A stretch of DNA of 64,000 bases, taken from the NCBI GenBank assembly GCA_046598935.1, contig JBKJHW010000046.1, forward strand, positions 7,071 through 71,070, given 5' to 3'. Both the position numbers and the translations under genes were made by a program. This stretch comes from Vicinamibacterales bacterium. GTDB lineage: Bacteria > Acidobacteriota > Vicinamibacteria > Vicinamibacterales > SCN-69-37. Shown here piece by piece: positions 17,156 to 25,347 of the stretch (position 1 is the stretch's first letter; each line of letters starts with the position of its first letter). The notes under the pieces were generated by a model that did no database searches, was not told the origin of the DNA, and was given only the letters and a program-made list of their open reading frames with translations.

Positions 17156-17459
17156 TTGCGATCGGCAGCTCAGATTTTCCGAGCGCGGCGTCGACCATGC
17201 GTTCGATGGCGGCGGCGCGGTTGAGCATCTGCTCCTCAACGCCGGCGCCGGCGGCGCGGGCGCGGAACAGCTCGTCGGCCAGATTGAGCGCGGCGATCAC
17301 CGCGACGCGCGTGGCGTCGGCCGTCGTGAGCTGGCTCGCGGCCAGTTGCATTTTTTGATCCACGTAGTTGGCGATCTCGGCGATGTAGGCCGGCTCGAGC
17401 TCGCTGCGGACAGAATATTTCTGCCCCTGGACGTCGACCTGAACGACCCGACCCTTCAA
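17145..17459 (-). CDS. zapA: cell division protein ZapA
   Basis: Sequence MKGRVVQVDVQGQKYSVRSELEPAYIAEIANYVDQKM...RVAVIAALNLADEL matches ZapA. Confidence 0.8.
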   Translation of the reverse strand: MKGRVVQVDVQGQKYSVRSELEPAYIAEIANYVDQKMQLAASQLTTADATRVAVIAALNLADELFRARAAGAGVEEQMLNRAAAIERMVDAALGKSELPIAIGE

Positions 17460-17487
17460 ACTGTTCCGCCTCTGCTGAACATCGGCG

Positions 17488-17763
17488 TTAGATTCCGAGC
17501 TTCTCGATCTGCGAAATCATCTGCGCGACGCGGCCCTTGATGAGCTCACGTTCTTCGCGGAGCGTGCTGACCTCGACACCGGCGCCTTCGGCGTCGCCGA
17601 GCCGCGCGCGCGTCGCGTCGAGCTCGCGCTGGAGTCGCGCGACTTCATCGACAGCGCTGGCGCGTTCGCCGCGAAGCTGATCGACCATGTTGACTAGCTG
17701 TTTGATTTTTTCTTCGAGACGGTCGATCGGTTGAAGATCGACGCTGACTGCAGTCTTCGTCAT
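17488..17763 (-). CDS. small coiled-coil protein (ZapB-like)
   Basis: Heptad-rich sequence IDRLEEKIKQLVNMVDQLRGERASAVDEVARLQRELD, located upstream of zapA. The ATG at 17763 is preferred. Confidence 0.5.
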   Translation of the reverse strand: MTKTAVSVDLQPIDRLEEKIKQLVNMVDQLRGERASAVDEVARLQRELDATRARLGDAEGAGVEVSTLREERELIKGRVAQMISQIEKLGI

Positions 17764-17814
17764 GAATCGAAATGGTGGCACAACGCGGCAGAGTCCGCCA
17801 GTAGTTTTCCGGGC

Positions 17815-19875
17815 TTACCTGCTTACCGCACCAAGCTTCTCCGCCAGAACCTTCCGAATATCGTTCGCGATCGCCGTCGCTTCTTCCGACGTCAGCGTCT
17901 GCTCGGTCGGCTGCATGCGCGCGCGCAAGGTGATCGACCGCGAACCTTCCGGTATGCCCTTGCCCCGGTACTGATCGACGAACTCGACGGCCGAAATGAC
18001 CGGGCTGACGAGGCGGGCTGACTCGGCGATATCCGTCCAGGCCACCGCGTCGGCATACGTCATCGAGACGTCCACGTCGACGGACGGCAACTCCGGCATC
18101 GCCGCATACTTGTTCTCGCGCGACGGCGACGATGAGAGACCGTCGAGCTCGAATTCGAAGATCACGGCAAACGCGTGCTTGAGGCCCGCTGCGCGAGTCC
18201 CGCGGCGGGCGAGCACGCCGAGCGAGCCGATCTTCTGCCCACCGGTCGTGATCGACACGCAGGCGCCGGAATCGGCCCACGCCGCGGTGCCGGCGGTTGC
18301 GGCCGCCAGCGGCGACACATGCGCCCGGACACCCAACCCCTCGATCGCGCCCTTCGCCTCACGGAACAGCGTTTCTGCCTCATCGCCGACAAAGGCGCCG
18401 GCGATCCGCTTGGTCTGCGGCGGCAGCGCCTCCCGGTCGTCGTCCAACCGCACATTGGCGCCGGCGGTGAAGACGGTGCCGGATTCAAAGACACGAAACG
18501 CAGGCCGCCAGCGAATGTTTGATTCAATCGCGCGCAGCAGACCCGGGACAAGCGACGTCCGGAGAGTGGCCTGGTCCGGCGCCGGCGGTGCGCTCAACCG
18601 CAGGTTCGCGGCCTCGACGCTGAGGCCGGCGGCGGTCACGAACCGGTCTTCCGTCCACGGGTAGTTGATGACTTCCTGCATGCCGCAGGCAAAGGCGAAG
18701 TACTCCTTTAGACGACGTTCGGCGCCGCGTCCGTAATCGCGCGCGGATTTTTCGAGGCGGACCGCCGGTGCGCTGAACTCGAAGTTCTCGTAGCCGTGCA
18801 TCCGCGCGATTTCCTCGACGAGATCGTGCGCGCCGGACACGTCGCCGGTGTTGCGCCATTCGGGTACCGTCACCGCGAGCGAATCGCCGTCGACCCGGAC
18901 GCGGAACCCGAGCCGCTCAAGCGGGGTCTTGAGCTCGGCGGTCGAAAGCGGCTTGCCGATGCGATCGCAGAGATACTTGGCGCTGGCCAGGACCTCGCCG
19001 GTGGACGTCTCCGAGTTTTTCTGATCGCTGACGCCCGTCACGCGCGCGCCCGGATCGATCGTCTTCAGGAGATGGAAGAACAGCCGCCGCGCGTCGTCAA
19101 TCCGGTGCGTGGAGAGCGACTTCTCAAAACGAGTCGACGCTTCCGTGCGAATGCCGTGCGCGGCCGCCGTGCGGCGCACCGCGAGCGGATCGAAGTTCGC
19201 CGCCTCGAACACCACGTTCTTCGTGTCGGCCTGAATCGCCGAGTCCATTCCGCCGATGACGCCGGCCAGACCCACCGGTCCGTTCTGGTCGGCGACGACG
19301 AAGTCGGCGGCGGTGAGTGTGAGCTGGGTGCCGTCGAGGGCGGAGAAGGGCTCGTTGCCGTTCGCGCGGCGCACCGACAACGGCAGCGACAGGCGATCGG
19401 CGTCGAACGCGTGCGTCGGCTGGCCGGTCGTCATCATCACGTAGTTGGTGAGATCGGCGTAGAGACTCTTTGAGCGCTGGCCGATCGCGATGAGCCGCTG
19501 CTTCATCCACGCCGGAGTGTCGCGCACCGTAACGTTCTCAATTCGCGTCGCGGTGAACCGGCGGCACACGGCCGGATCGATGCTGCCCACCATCTGCGCG
19601 GCTGTGAGCGCGGGCTCTTCAGCCGGCCGCGGCGTCAGCGGCGTCAGCGGCACTTTGAAGATGGCCGCCAACTCCCTCGCGACGCCGTAGTGGCCCCAGA
19701 GATCCGGCCGGTTCGTCAGCGACTTATTGTCGACTTCGAGAATGGCATCGCCGTCCGCTTCATGGACGCCCTCCACTTCGACCGTCGACATCGTGAGCTG
19801 ATGAGCGATGTCTTTTGGCGTGAGGCCCGCCGGGAGCGTGACGTAGTCCGCGATCCAGTTCAGTGAGATTTTCAT
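17815..19875 (-). CDS. pheT: phenylalanine--tRNA ligase beta subunit
   Basis: Starts MKISLNWIADYV. B3/4, B5 and FDX-ACB-like regions are present. The start overlaps the pheS stop. Confidence 0.9.
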   Translation of the reverse strand: MKISLNWIADYVTLPAGLTPKDIAHQLTMSTVEVEGVHEADGDAILEVDNKSLTNRPDLWGHYGVARELAAIFKVPLTPLTPRPAEEPALTAAQMVGSIDPAVCRRFTATRIENVTVRDTPAWMKQRLIAIGQRSKSLYADLTNYVMMTTGQPTHAFDADRLSLPLSVRRANGNEPFSALDGTQLTLTAADFVVADQNGPVGLAGVIGGMDSAIQADTKNVVFEAANFDPLAVRRTAAAHGIRTEASTRFEKSLSTHRIDDARRLFFHLLKTIDPGARVTGVSDQKNSETSTGEVLASAKYLCDRIGKPLSTAELKTPLERLGFRVRVDGDSLAVTVPEWRNTGDVSGAHDLVEEIARMHGYENFEFSAPAVRLEKSARDYGRGAERRLKEYFAFACGMQEVINYPWTEDRFVTAAGLSVEAANLRLSAPPAPDQATLRTSLVPGLLRAIESNIRWRPAFRVFESGTVFTAGANVRLDDDREALPPQTKRIAGAFVGDEAETLFREAKGAIEGLGVRAHVSPLAAATAGTAAWADSGACVSITTGGQKIGSLGVLARRGTRAAGLKHAFAVIFEFELDGLSSSPSRENKYAAMPELPSVDVDVSMTYADAVAWTDIAESARLVSPVISAVEFVDQYRGKGIPEGSRSITLRARMQPTEQTLTSEEATAIANDIRKVLAEKLGAVSR

Positions 19876-20909
19876 CGGAACTGGCTCAGGAATCGGAGAT
19901 CCGCAGAATGGAACAATCGCACGTCATCGATTCCGTACCGCATCATCACCAGCCGGTCCAGACCGACGTTCACGTAGAAGCCCATCCACTCGTTGTGATC
20001 GAGGCCGCCGGCTTTGAACACGTTCGGATGCGGCATCCCGCCCGGCATCACCTCGATCCAGCCGACCTGCTTGCACACCTTGCAGCCCGCGCCGTTGCAG
20101 ATGACGCACTCCATGTCGATTTCGAATCCCGGTTCGACGAATGGAAAGAATCCTGCGCGCATTCGCGTCTTGACGGGCCTGCCAAAGACCGTGCTCAACA
20201 CCGTTCGGATGAGGAGCTGTCCGGCGCTCCATGGCAGGTTCTTTTCGACGATGAGGGCTTCGTATTGGAAGAAGGCGCGCTCGTGCCGCGCGTCGGTGGT
20301 TTCGTTGCGGAAGACGCGGCCGGGATAGACGAACCGGAAGGGCGGTTTATGCCGCTGCATGTAACGCACGCTCGCGCCGGTAAGGTGCGGGCGGATGCAG
20401 AGGCGGTCGGCGCCGCGCGCCGAGGTATCGCCGTCGAGCCAGTACGTATCCATGCTTTCGCGCGCCGGGTGGTCCGGTGGGAAGTTCATGTGATCGAACT
20501 CGTAGAGTTCGCTCGTGACCTCGGGACCTTCGAAGACCTCGAAGTTGAGGGCCGCGAAGGCGTCGTTGAGGTCGTACATCATCTGAATGGTCGGGTGGAG
20601 GCCGCCGTTCTGCGGCCGGATGCCCGGCATCGTCGTGTCGATCGGCCGCGAGAGCACCGACGCGGTGTCCATGAGCTCGGCGCGGCGCGCGTCGATTGCT
20701 GCGGTTGCGTCGGTCTTTAGCGCATTGATCAGAGCGCCGACGGTCTTGCGCTCCGCGATATCGACCGCGCCGAGGCCCTTGAGCATCTCGGTGATCGTCC
20801 CTTTGCGGCCGAGCAGCGACACGCGCAGCTCTTCGATGCGCTCGAGCGTCGAGGCGGCCTGGATGTCGGCAAGCGACTCGCGCCGCAGGGCGTCAATACG
20901 ATCGTTCAT
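19872..20909 (-). CDS. pheS: phenylalanine--tRNA ligase alpha subunit
   Basis: Class II motifs are present: HPARESMDTYW, FRFVYPGRVFRNE and GWIEVMPGGMPHPNV. Confidence 0.9.
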   Translation of the reverse strand: MNDRIDALRRESLADIQAASTLERIEELRVSLLGRKGTITEMLKGLGAVDIAERKTVGALINALKTDATAAIDARRAELMDTASVLSRPIDTTMPGIRPQNGGLHPTIQMMYDLNDAFAALNFEVFEGPEVTSELYEFDHMNFPPDHPARESMDTYWLDGDTSARGADRLCIRPHLTGASVRYMQRHKPPFRFVYPGRVFRNETTDARHERAFFQYEALIVEKNLPWSAGQLLIRTVLSTVFGRPVKTRMRAGFFPFVEPGFEIDMECVICNGAGCKVCKQVGWIEVMPGGMPHPNVFKAGGLDHNEWMGFYVNVGLDRLVMMRYGIDDVRLFHSADLRFLSQFR

Positions 20910-20921
20910 GCGGGGTTGATT

Positions 20922-21000
20922 GTACGAAAGAAAACGACATCGGGTGTCGTTTCCGCCGTGCGGACCAACGGAAACGACACCCGATGTCGTTTTCTTCTAC
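20922..21000. repeat. family-A composite palindromic element (two inverted AAACGACA-YCGGG-TGTCGTTT hairpins)
   Basis: The sequence is GAAAACGACATCGGGTGTCGTTTCC..N16..GGAAACGACACCCGATGTCGTTTTC. It lies between the pheS start and the DUF4242 stop codon, and the stop codon sits inside the element. Confidence 0.85.
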
Positions 21001-21269
21001 TCGGCCGTCGTCGGATCGATGATCGCGTGCACGCGTGCGACTGAATTGGCGGGGAAGCCGCCTTGCTTCGCGTGCTCGCGGACGGCCTGCTCGTTCGGCG
21101 CGTTGTAGACGCAGTAGATCTTGTTGTCGGTGACGTAGCTGTGCACCCACTGAATCGACGGCCCCATGCCGCTCAGGACGCCGCATGATTTCTGGGAGAT
21201 GCCTTTCAAGTCGGCCGCAGAGAGATTACCGGCACCAGGGATTTCGCGTTCGATGACGTACTTCGGCAT
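20997..21269 (-). CDS. DUF4242 domain-containing protein
   Basis: Sequence MPKYVIEREIPGAGNLSAADLKGISQKSCGVL...IYCVYNAPNEQAVREHA matches the family. Confidence 0.7.
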   Translation of the reverse strand: MPKYVIEREIPGAGNLSAADLKGISQKSCGVLSGMGPSIQWVHSYVTDNKIYCVYNAPNEQAVREHAKQGGFPANSVARVHAIIDPTTAE

Positions 21270-21313
21270 GGCGGTGCTCCTAAGGGGAACGCTGCGATCT
21301 TAACCGCACCCTG

Positions 21314-21350
21314 ACAAAAAAAGAAGGCGCCCACCGAAGTAGGCGCCCTC
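21314..21350 (-). terminator. Rho-independent terminator of the infC-rpmI-rplT operon
   Basis: The minus strand reads AGGGCGCCTAC-TTCG-GTGGGCGCCTT followed by CTTTTTTTG. This is an 11-bp stem, a TTCG tetraloop and a U-tract. Confidence 0.75.
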
Positions 21351-21357
21351 AAGACTT

Positions 21358-21384
21358 CTGCCTTCTGCCCTTTGCCTTCTGCCC
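21358..21384. repeat. family-D G-rich repeat copy (GGGCAGAAGGCAAAGGGCAGAAGGCAG on the minus strand)
   Basis: It directly follows the rplT stop codon. It matches the arms of the 24645..24819 element at 24 of 27 positions. Confidence 0.7.
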
Positions 21385-21747
21385 TTACTTGGTCGCGACC
21401 GCCGCCTTGGCCTGCTCGGCGACCTTCGCGAACGCGGTCGAGTGACGCGCGGCCAATTCTGCAAGGCTCTTGCGGTCTAACCCGATCCCGGCCTGTTTGA
21501 GGCCGCGGATGAGCTGGCCGTAGGTGAGGCCATTCTGGCGCGCGGCTGCGTTGATGCGGACGACCCAGAGCCTGCGGAAGTCGCGCTTTTTGCGGCGGCG
21601 TCCCGAAAACGCGTAGTTGTCGGCCTTCGCAACGGCTTCCTGAGCGGCCTGGTACAGCTTGCTCTTGGTGGCGTAAAAGCCCTTCGCGCGCTTCAGCAGC
21701 TTCTTGCGCTTCGCGCGGCGGACTGTTCCTCGTTTAACTCGCGGCAT
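21385..21747 (-). CDS. rplT: 50S ribosomal protein L20
   Basis: Sequence [32 protein letters not shown]... matches L20. Confidence 0.95.
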   Translation of the reverse strand: MPRVKRGTVRRAKRKKLLKRAKGFYATKSKLYQAAQEAVAKADNYAFSGRRRKKRDFRRLWVVRINAAARQNGLTYGQLIRGLKQAGIGLDRKSLAELAARHSTAFAKVAEQAKAAVATK

Positions 21748-21762
21748 TGGTCTAAATCCTTC

Positions 21763-21960
21763 TTAGGCGTACGGCAGCATGCGCTTGACGCGCCGCTGAT
21801 CCGATTCGTGAACCACCACCGACCCGCGGGCGTTGCGCTTGCGGTTGGTCGGCTTGCTGGTGAGAATGTGGCGCTTGAACGCCTGGGCTCGCGTGAACTT
21901 GCCCGTCGCGGTCTTCTTGAAGCGCTTGGCCGCGCCCCGATGTGTTTTCAGTTTCGGCAT
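21763..21960 (-). CDS. rpmI: 50S ribosomal protein L35
   Basis: Sequence [33 protein letters not shown]... matches L35. Confidence 0.95.
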   Translation of the reverse strand: MPKLKTHRGAAKRFKKTATGKFTRAQAFKRHILTSKPTNRKRNARGSVVVHESDQRRVKRMLPYA

Positions 21961-21980
21961 GGTCGTTCTCTCTCGTCCTT

Positions 21981-22586
21981 CTAGTCGTTCTGTTCGGTCG
22001 TCTTTGATGACTGCTCGGCTTCCTGCTGCCGTGCCGCCACCCGTTTCGCCGCGCCGGGTCTCGGCGCGAAAATCGTGTGCAGCTGATTGCCTTCCTGTCG
22101 CGGTGTCGATTCAATCACCGCGATGTCGTCCACTTCGTACATCAACCGCTCCAGGATCTTCATGCCGATTTCCGGGTGAGCGTTTTCCCGCCCGCGGAAG
22201 AAGATCGTGGCCTTCACTTTGTCGCCGTCAGCCAGGAAGCGCTCGATGTGCTTCTTCTTGAACTGATAGTCGTGCTCGTCCACCTTCGGCCGGAACTTGA
22301 TCTCCTTGACCAGGATGACCTTCTGGTGCTTCTTGGCCGAGCGGGCCTTCTTCTGCTGCTCGTACTGAAACTTCCCGAAGTCCATGATCCGGCAGACCGG
22401 CGGAACGGCCGATGCCGAGATCTCAACGAGATCGAGGCCTTTGGCTTTGGCTATCGCCAGCGCTGCCGGCGGGGCCATGATGCCCAGCTGCTCGCCGTCG
22501 TCGTCGATCACGCGAATTTCGCGTACCCGAATGCGTTCGTTGATCCGCGTGCGATCGTCCCTACGCGGCGTGCGATCAAAAGCGAT
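21981..22586 (-). CDS. infC: translation initiation factor IF-3, non-canonical ATC start
   Basis: The track ORF starts at a GTG inside the conserved N-domain (…[13 protein letters not shown]|IDDDGEQLG). The frame is open up to a TGA at 22601..22599. The only plausible start upstream of RINERIR is ATC at 22586, preceded by GAGGGGG 7 nt upstream. Confidence 0.8.
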   Translation of the reverse strand: MAFDRTPRRDDRTRINERIRVREIRVIDDDGEQLGIMAPPAALAIAKAKGLDLVEISASAVPPVCRIMDFGKFQYEQQKKARSAKKHQKVILVKEIKFRPKVDEHDYQFKKKHIERFLADGDKVKATIFFRGRENAHPEIGMKILERLMYEVDDIAVIESTPRQEGNQLHTIFAPRPGAAKRVAARQQEAEQSSKTTEQND

Positions 22587-22611
22587 AAGGCAACCCCCTC
22601 AAAAAAACCTG

Positions 22612-24630
22612 TTACGACCGCTCGGCGTTTTCACGCCGCGCGGCTTCGACAAACGCGCCGACCGGGGACCCGCCCTGATCGCCGCCCGCCCGAGTTCTGA
22701 CAGACACCGTCCCCTCCGCTACTTCGCGGTCGCCGATGACCAGCATGTAGGGGACCTTCTGTAACTGGGCCTCTCGAATCTTATAACCAATCTTCTCGTT
22801 GCGCCCGTCCACAGTGGCCCGGAGGCCGGCGGCCTCGAGCTGGGCCAGGACCTGGTGCCCATATTCCGCCTGCCGGTCGGCCATGGGCATGACCCGGACC
22901 TGCTCGGGGGCCAGCCATAGGGGGAATGCCCCCGCGAAGTGCTCGATCAGGATGGCAATAAACCGCTCAAAACTGCCAAAAATCGCCCGGTGGATGACCA
23001 CAGGCTGGTGCTCGGTGTTGTCGGCCCCGACGTATTTGAGGCCGAATCGGGCCGGCATCTGGTAGTCGAGCTGGATCGTGCCGCACTGCCATTTCCGGCC
23101 GATCGCGTCCGTAATGTCGAAGTCGATCTTGGGCCCGTAGAAGGCGCCGTCGCCTTCATTGATGACGTAGCTCACGCCGGCCGCCTCGAGCGCGCGCTTC
23201 AGCTCGGCTTCGGCGTGATCCCAGGTCGCGCGCTCGCCCAGAAACTCCACCGGCCGCGTCGACAATTTCACTTCGTACGGCAGCTTGAAGTCGCCGTAGA
23301 CGCGCTTGACGAGGCCCAGTAACGCTTCAACCTCAGCGCCGATCTGCGACTCCATCACGAAGCAATGCGCGTCGTCCTGCGAGAACTGGCGGACGCGCGT
23401 GAGGCCGCCGAGCACGCCGGATGCCTCGTTGCGATGGAGCGCGGTCTGCTCGTGAAGACGCAACGGCAGATCGCGATAGCTCCGCGTCTCGCTGCCGAAC
23501 ACCAGCATATGGCCCGGGCAGTTCATGGCCTTCGTCGCCATATCGTGTGCGTCAGTGCCCGCCTGCCTACCAGCTTCACCAGTGCCCGCCTGCTGAGGAA
23601 CTCCACCAGCTTTGGCGGCGTCCGCAAGATCACGCGATTGCACCAGGAACATGTTCTCGCGGTAGTGCGCCCAATGGCCTGACGTTTCCCACAGCGCTTT
23701 GTTGAAGATGATCGGTGTCTTCACCTCGGCGTAGCCGGCGGGGAAGAGCACTTCGCGCATGTAGTTGGCGAGCAGGTTATAGACGAGCGTGCCCTTGCCC
23801 AGCCAGAACGCCGCGCCGGGCGCCCACTGGTGGAACATGAACAGGCCGAGGTCCTTGCCGATCTTGCGATGGTCGCGCTTCTTCGCTTCCTCGACCTGCG
23901 TGAGGTGCGCTTTCAGCTCGTCTTGGTTGAAGAAGGCCGTGCCGTAGATGCGCTGCATCGGGGCATTTTTCGCATCGCCCTTCCAGTACGCGTTCGACGT
24001 GTTGAGCAGCTTGAACGCCTTGAGGCTTCCTGTCGAGGGCACGTGCGGGCCGACGCAAAAGTCGACGAAGGTGTCGCGGTCCTTGATCGTGTAGCAGGAC
24101 ACGTCTTTCTGTCCGGCCGTCTTCTCTTCGATCAGTTGCACCTTGAGCGGCTCGCCGCGCTGCCTGAAAAACTCGATCGCGTCCTCGCGCGGCCAGCTCT
24201 GGCGTTCGTACACCAGGCCCTGCTTGGCGAGTTCCAGCATCTTCTTTTCGATCTTCTCGATGTCTTCCGGCACGAACGGGCGCGGGACGACGAAGTCGTA
24301 GAAGAAGCCTTCGTCGGTGGCCGGACCAATGCCGCACTGCACGCCGGGGAAGAGTTGGGTGACGGCCGCCGCGAGCAGATGCGCCGTCGAATGACGGACC
24401 ATCATCAGCGCGTCTTTGCCGGTGTCGCCGTCGGCACTTCCCGGAATGACGAGCTTGAGGCTCACGTCTTCGTTGAGGGGATAGCTGAGATCGACCAGCC
24501 TGCCGTCGACCGACGCGCCGATGGCCTTCTTCAACACGCTCATGGGGAGAGCGGAGCTCGCGAATTCACGAACCGTCGTCCCAGGAGCGATGCTCCTCTG
24601 TGATCCGTCAGGCAGAGTGATGGTTACCAT
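22612..24630 (-). CDS. thrS: threonine--tRNA ligase
   Basis: Contains the TGS domain (MVTITLPDGS), the editing domain (HSTAHLLA) and class II motifs (MNCPGH, RVRQFSQDDAHCF). The ATG at 24630 is preferred over 24657. Confidence 0.9.
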   Translation of the reverse strand: MVTITLPDGSQRSIAPGTTVREFASSALPMSVLKKAIGASVDGRLVDLSYPLNEDVSLKLVIPGSADGDTGKDALMMVRHSTAHLLAAAVTQLFPGVQCGIGPATDEGFFYDFVVPRPFVPEDIEKIEKKMLELAKQGLVYERQSWPREDAIEFFRQRGEPLKVQLIEEKTAGQKDVSCYTIKDRDTFVDFCVGPHVPSTGSLKAFKLLNTSNAYWKGDAKNAPMQRIYGTAFFNQDELKAHLTQVEEAKKRDHRKIGKDLGLFMFHQWAPGAAFWLGKGTLVYNLLANYMREVLFPAGYAEVKTPIIFNKALWETSGHWAHYRENMFLVQSRDLADAAKAGGVPQQAGTGEAGRQAGTDAHDMATKAMNCPGHMLVFGSETRSYRDLPLRLHEQTALHRNEASGVLGGLTRVRQFSQDDAHCFVMESQIGAEVEALLGLVKRVYGDFKLPYEVKLSTRPVEFLGERATWDHAEAELKRALEAAGVSYVINEGDGAFYGPKIDFDITDAIGRKWQCGTIQLDYQMPARFGLKYVGADNTEHQPVVIHRAIFGSFERFIAILIEHFAGAFPLWLAPEQVRVMPMADRQAEYGHQVLAQLEAAGLRATVDGRNEKIGYKIREAQLQKVPYMLVIGDREVAEGTVSVRTRAGGDQGGSPVGAFVEAARRENAERS
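23553..23612. repeat. imperfect 27-nt tandem repeat inside thrS
   Basis: CAGTGCCCGCCTGC occurs at 23553 and 23580, giving a 27-nt (9-codon) period. ACCAGCTT is also repeated. The region encodes ...QQAGTGEAGRQAGTD... just before the MNCPGH motif. Confidence 0.7.
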
Positions 24631-24644
24631 GAGCGTGCCTGATA

Positions 24645-24819
24645 GGGCAGAGGGCAAAGGGCAGAGGGCATAGGTAGAGGAAACAGGAAAGAGGCCAGGT
24701 CAGAGGTCATAGATGAATCGTTGAGGGAACAGGGAGCCATAGAAGCCAAGCCTTTGACCTTTTTCCTATGACCTGGCCTTTGTCCTCAGTCCTCTACCTC
24801 TGATCTTTGCCCTCTGCCC
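24645..24819. repeat. family-D long imperfect inverted repeat (about 175 nt) in the thrS 5' region
   Basis: Four arm pairs are visible: GGGCAGAGGGCAAAG (24645) with CTTTGCCCTCTGCCC (24805); AGGTAGAGGA (24672) with TCCTCTACCT (24790); GGCCAGGTCA (24693) with TGACCTGGCC (24769); GGTCATAG with CTATGACC. Confidence 0.8.
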
Positions 24820-24848
24820 TTGGCCCTTTCAAGCGAGAGGTCAAAGGT

Positions 24849-24925
24849 TGGTAGGCACGCACGGACTCGAACCGTGGACCTCCTGCATGTCAAGCAGGCG
24901 CTCTAACCAGCTGAGCTACGCGCCT
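24849..24925 (-). tRNA. tRNA-Val (anticodon GAC), CCA encoded
   Basis: The minus strand folds as AGGCGCG-TA-GCTC-AGCTGGTTA-GAGC-G-CCTGC-TTGACAT-GCAGG-AGGTC-CACGG-TTCGAGT-CCGTG-CGTGCCT-A-CCA. All four stems pair. Confidence 0.9.
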
Positions 24926-24960
24926 ATCTGTCGCGAATTCCGCGTCAAATACGAACGACA

Positions 24961-24966
24961 AGTATA
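24961..24966 (-). promoter_or_regulatory. candidate -10 box TATACT for tRNA-Val
   Basis: The minus strand reads GGGCTATACTTGTC, about 35 nt upstream of the tRNA 5' end. It shares the 12-mer GCTATACTTGTC with the 6S promoter. Confidence 0.45.
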
Positions 24967-25065
24967 GCCCAATCGCCCGATATCAAATAGCAAAGGGCCG
25001 CCCCGGTGAACCCGAGACGGCCCCAATAACCAGCTAACCAGATGGTCAGCTAACCAGATTCACGC

Positions 25066-25341
25066 CTATTTATTCACTGCCACCTTCAACGCTTTGCCCG
25101 CCGTGAACCGGGCCACCCGGCGCTTCGGAATCTTGACCGTTTTCCCGTTCTGCGGGTTGCGGCCCAGACGCGCCTTGCGGTTCGACGTCTTGAACGTGCC
25201 AAAGCCGACGAACGTAACGGGCTGACCCTTCTTCAGCGACTTGACGATCCCGTCAATCAGGGAATCAACGGTGGCTGCCGCCGCCGTCTTCGACAATCCG
25301 CAATCCTTGGCAATCTTCGCGACAATTTCCTGCTTGTTCAT
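25066..25341 (-). CDS. hup: HU family DNA-binding protein
   Basis: Sequence MNKQEIVAKIAKDCGLSKTAAAATVDSLIDGIVKSLKKGQPVTFVGFGTFKTSNRKARLGRNPQNG matches HU. Confidence 0.9.
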   Translation of the reverse strand: MNKQEIVAKIAKDCGLSKTAAAATVDSLIDGIVKSLKKGQPVTFVGFGTFKTSNRKARLGRNPQNGKTVKIPKRRVARFTAGKALKVAVNK

Positions 25342-25347
25342 CCGGGT

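Noticed and set aside
24631-24848. T-box riboswitch or E. coli-type thrS operator in the thrS leader.
   Set aside because: I could not find a T-box consensus (AGGGUGGNACCGCG-like) or a specifier/anticodon-mimic loop by eye. The arm motif also occurs at 21358, which points to a repeat family. It is kept only as a hypothesis in the findings.
25031-25059. 13-nt direct repeat CAGCTAACCAGAT x2 just downstream of hup.
   Set aside because: It is real in the sequence, but it is short, isolated and has no second locus. It is most simply a local duplication in a terminator-proximal spacer.
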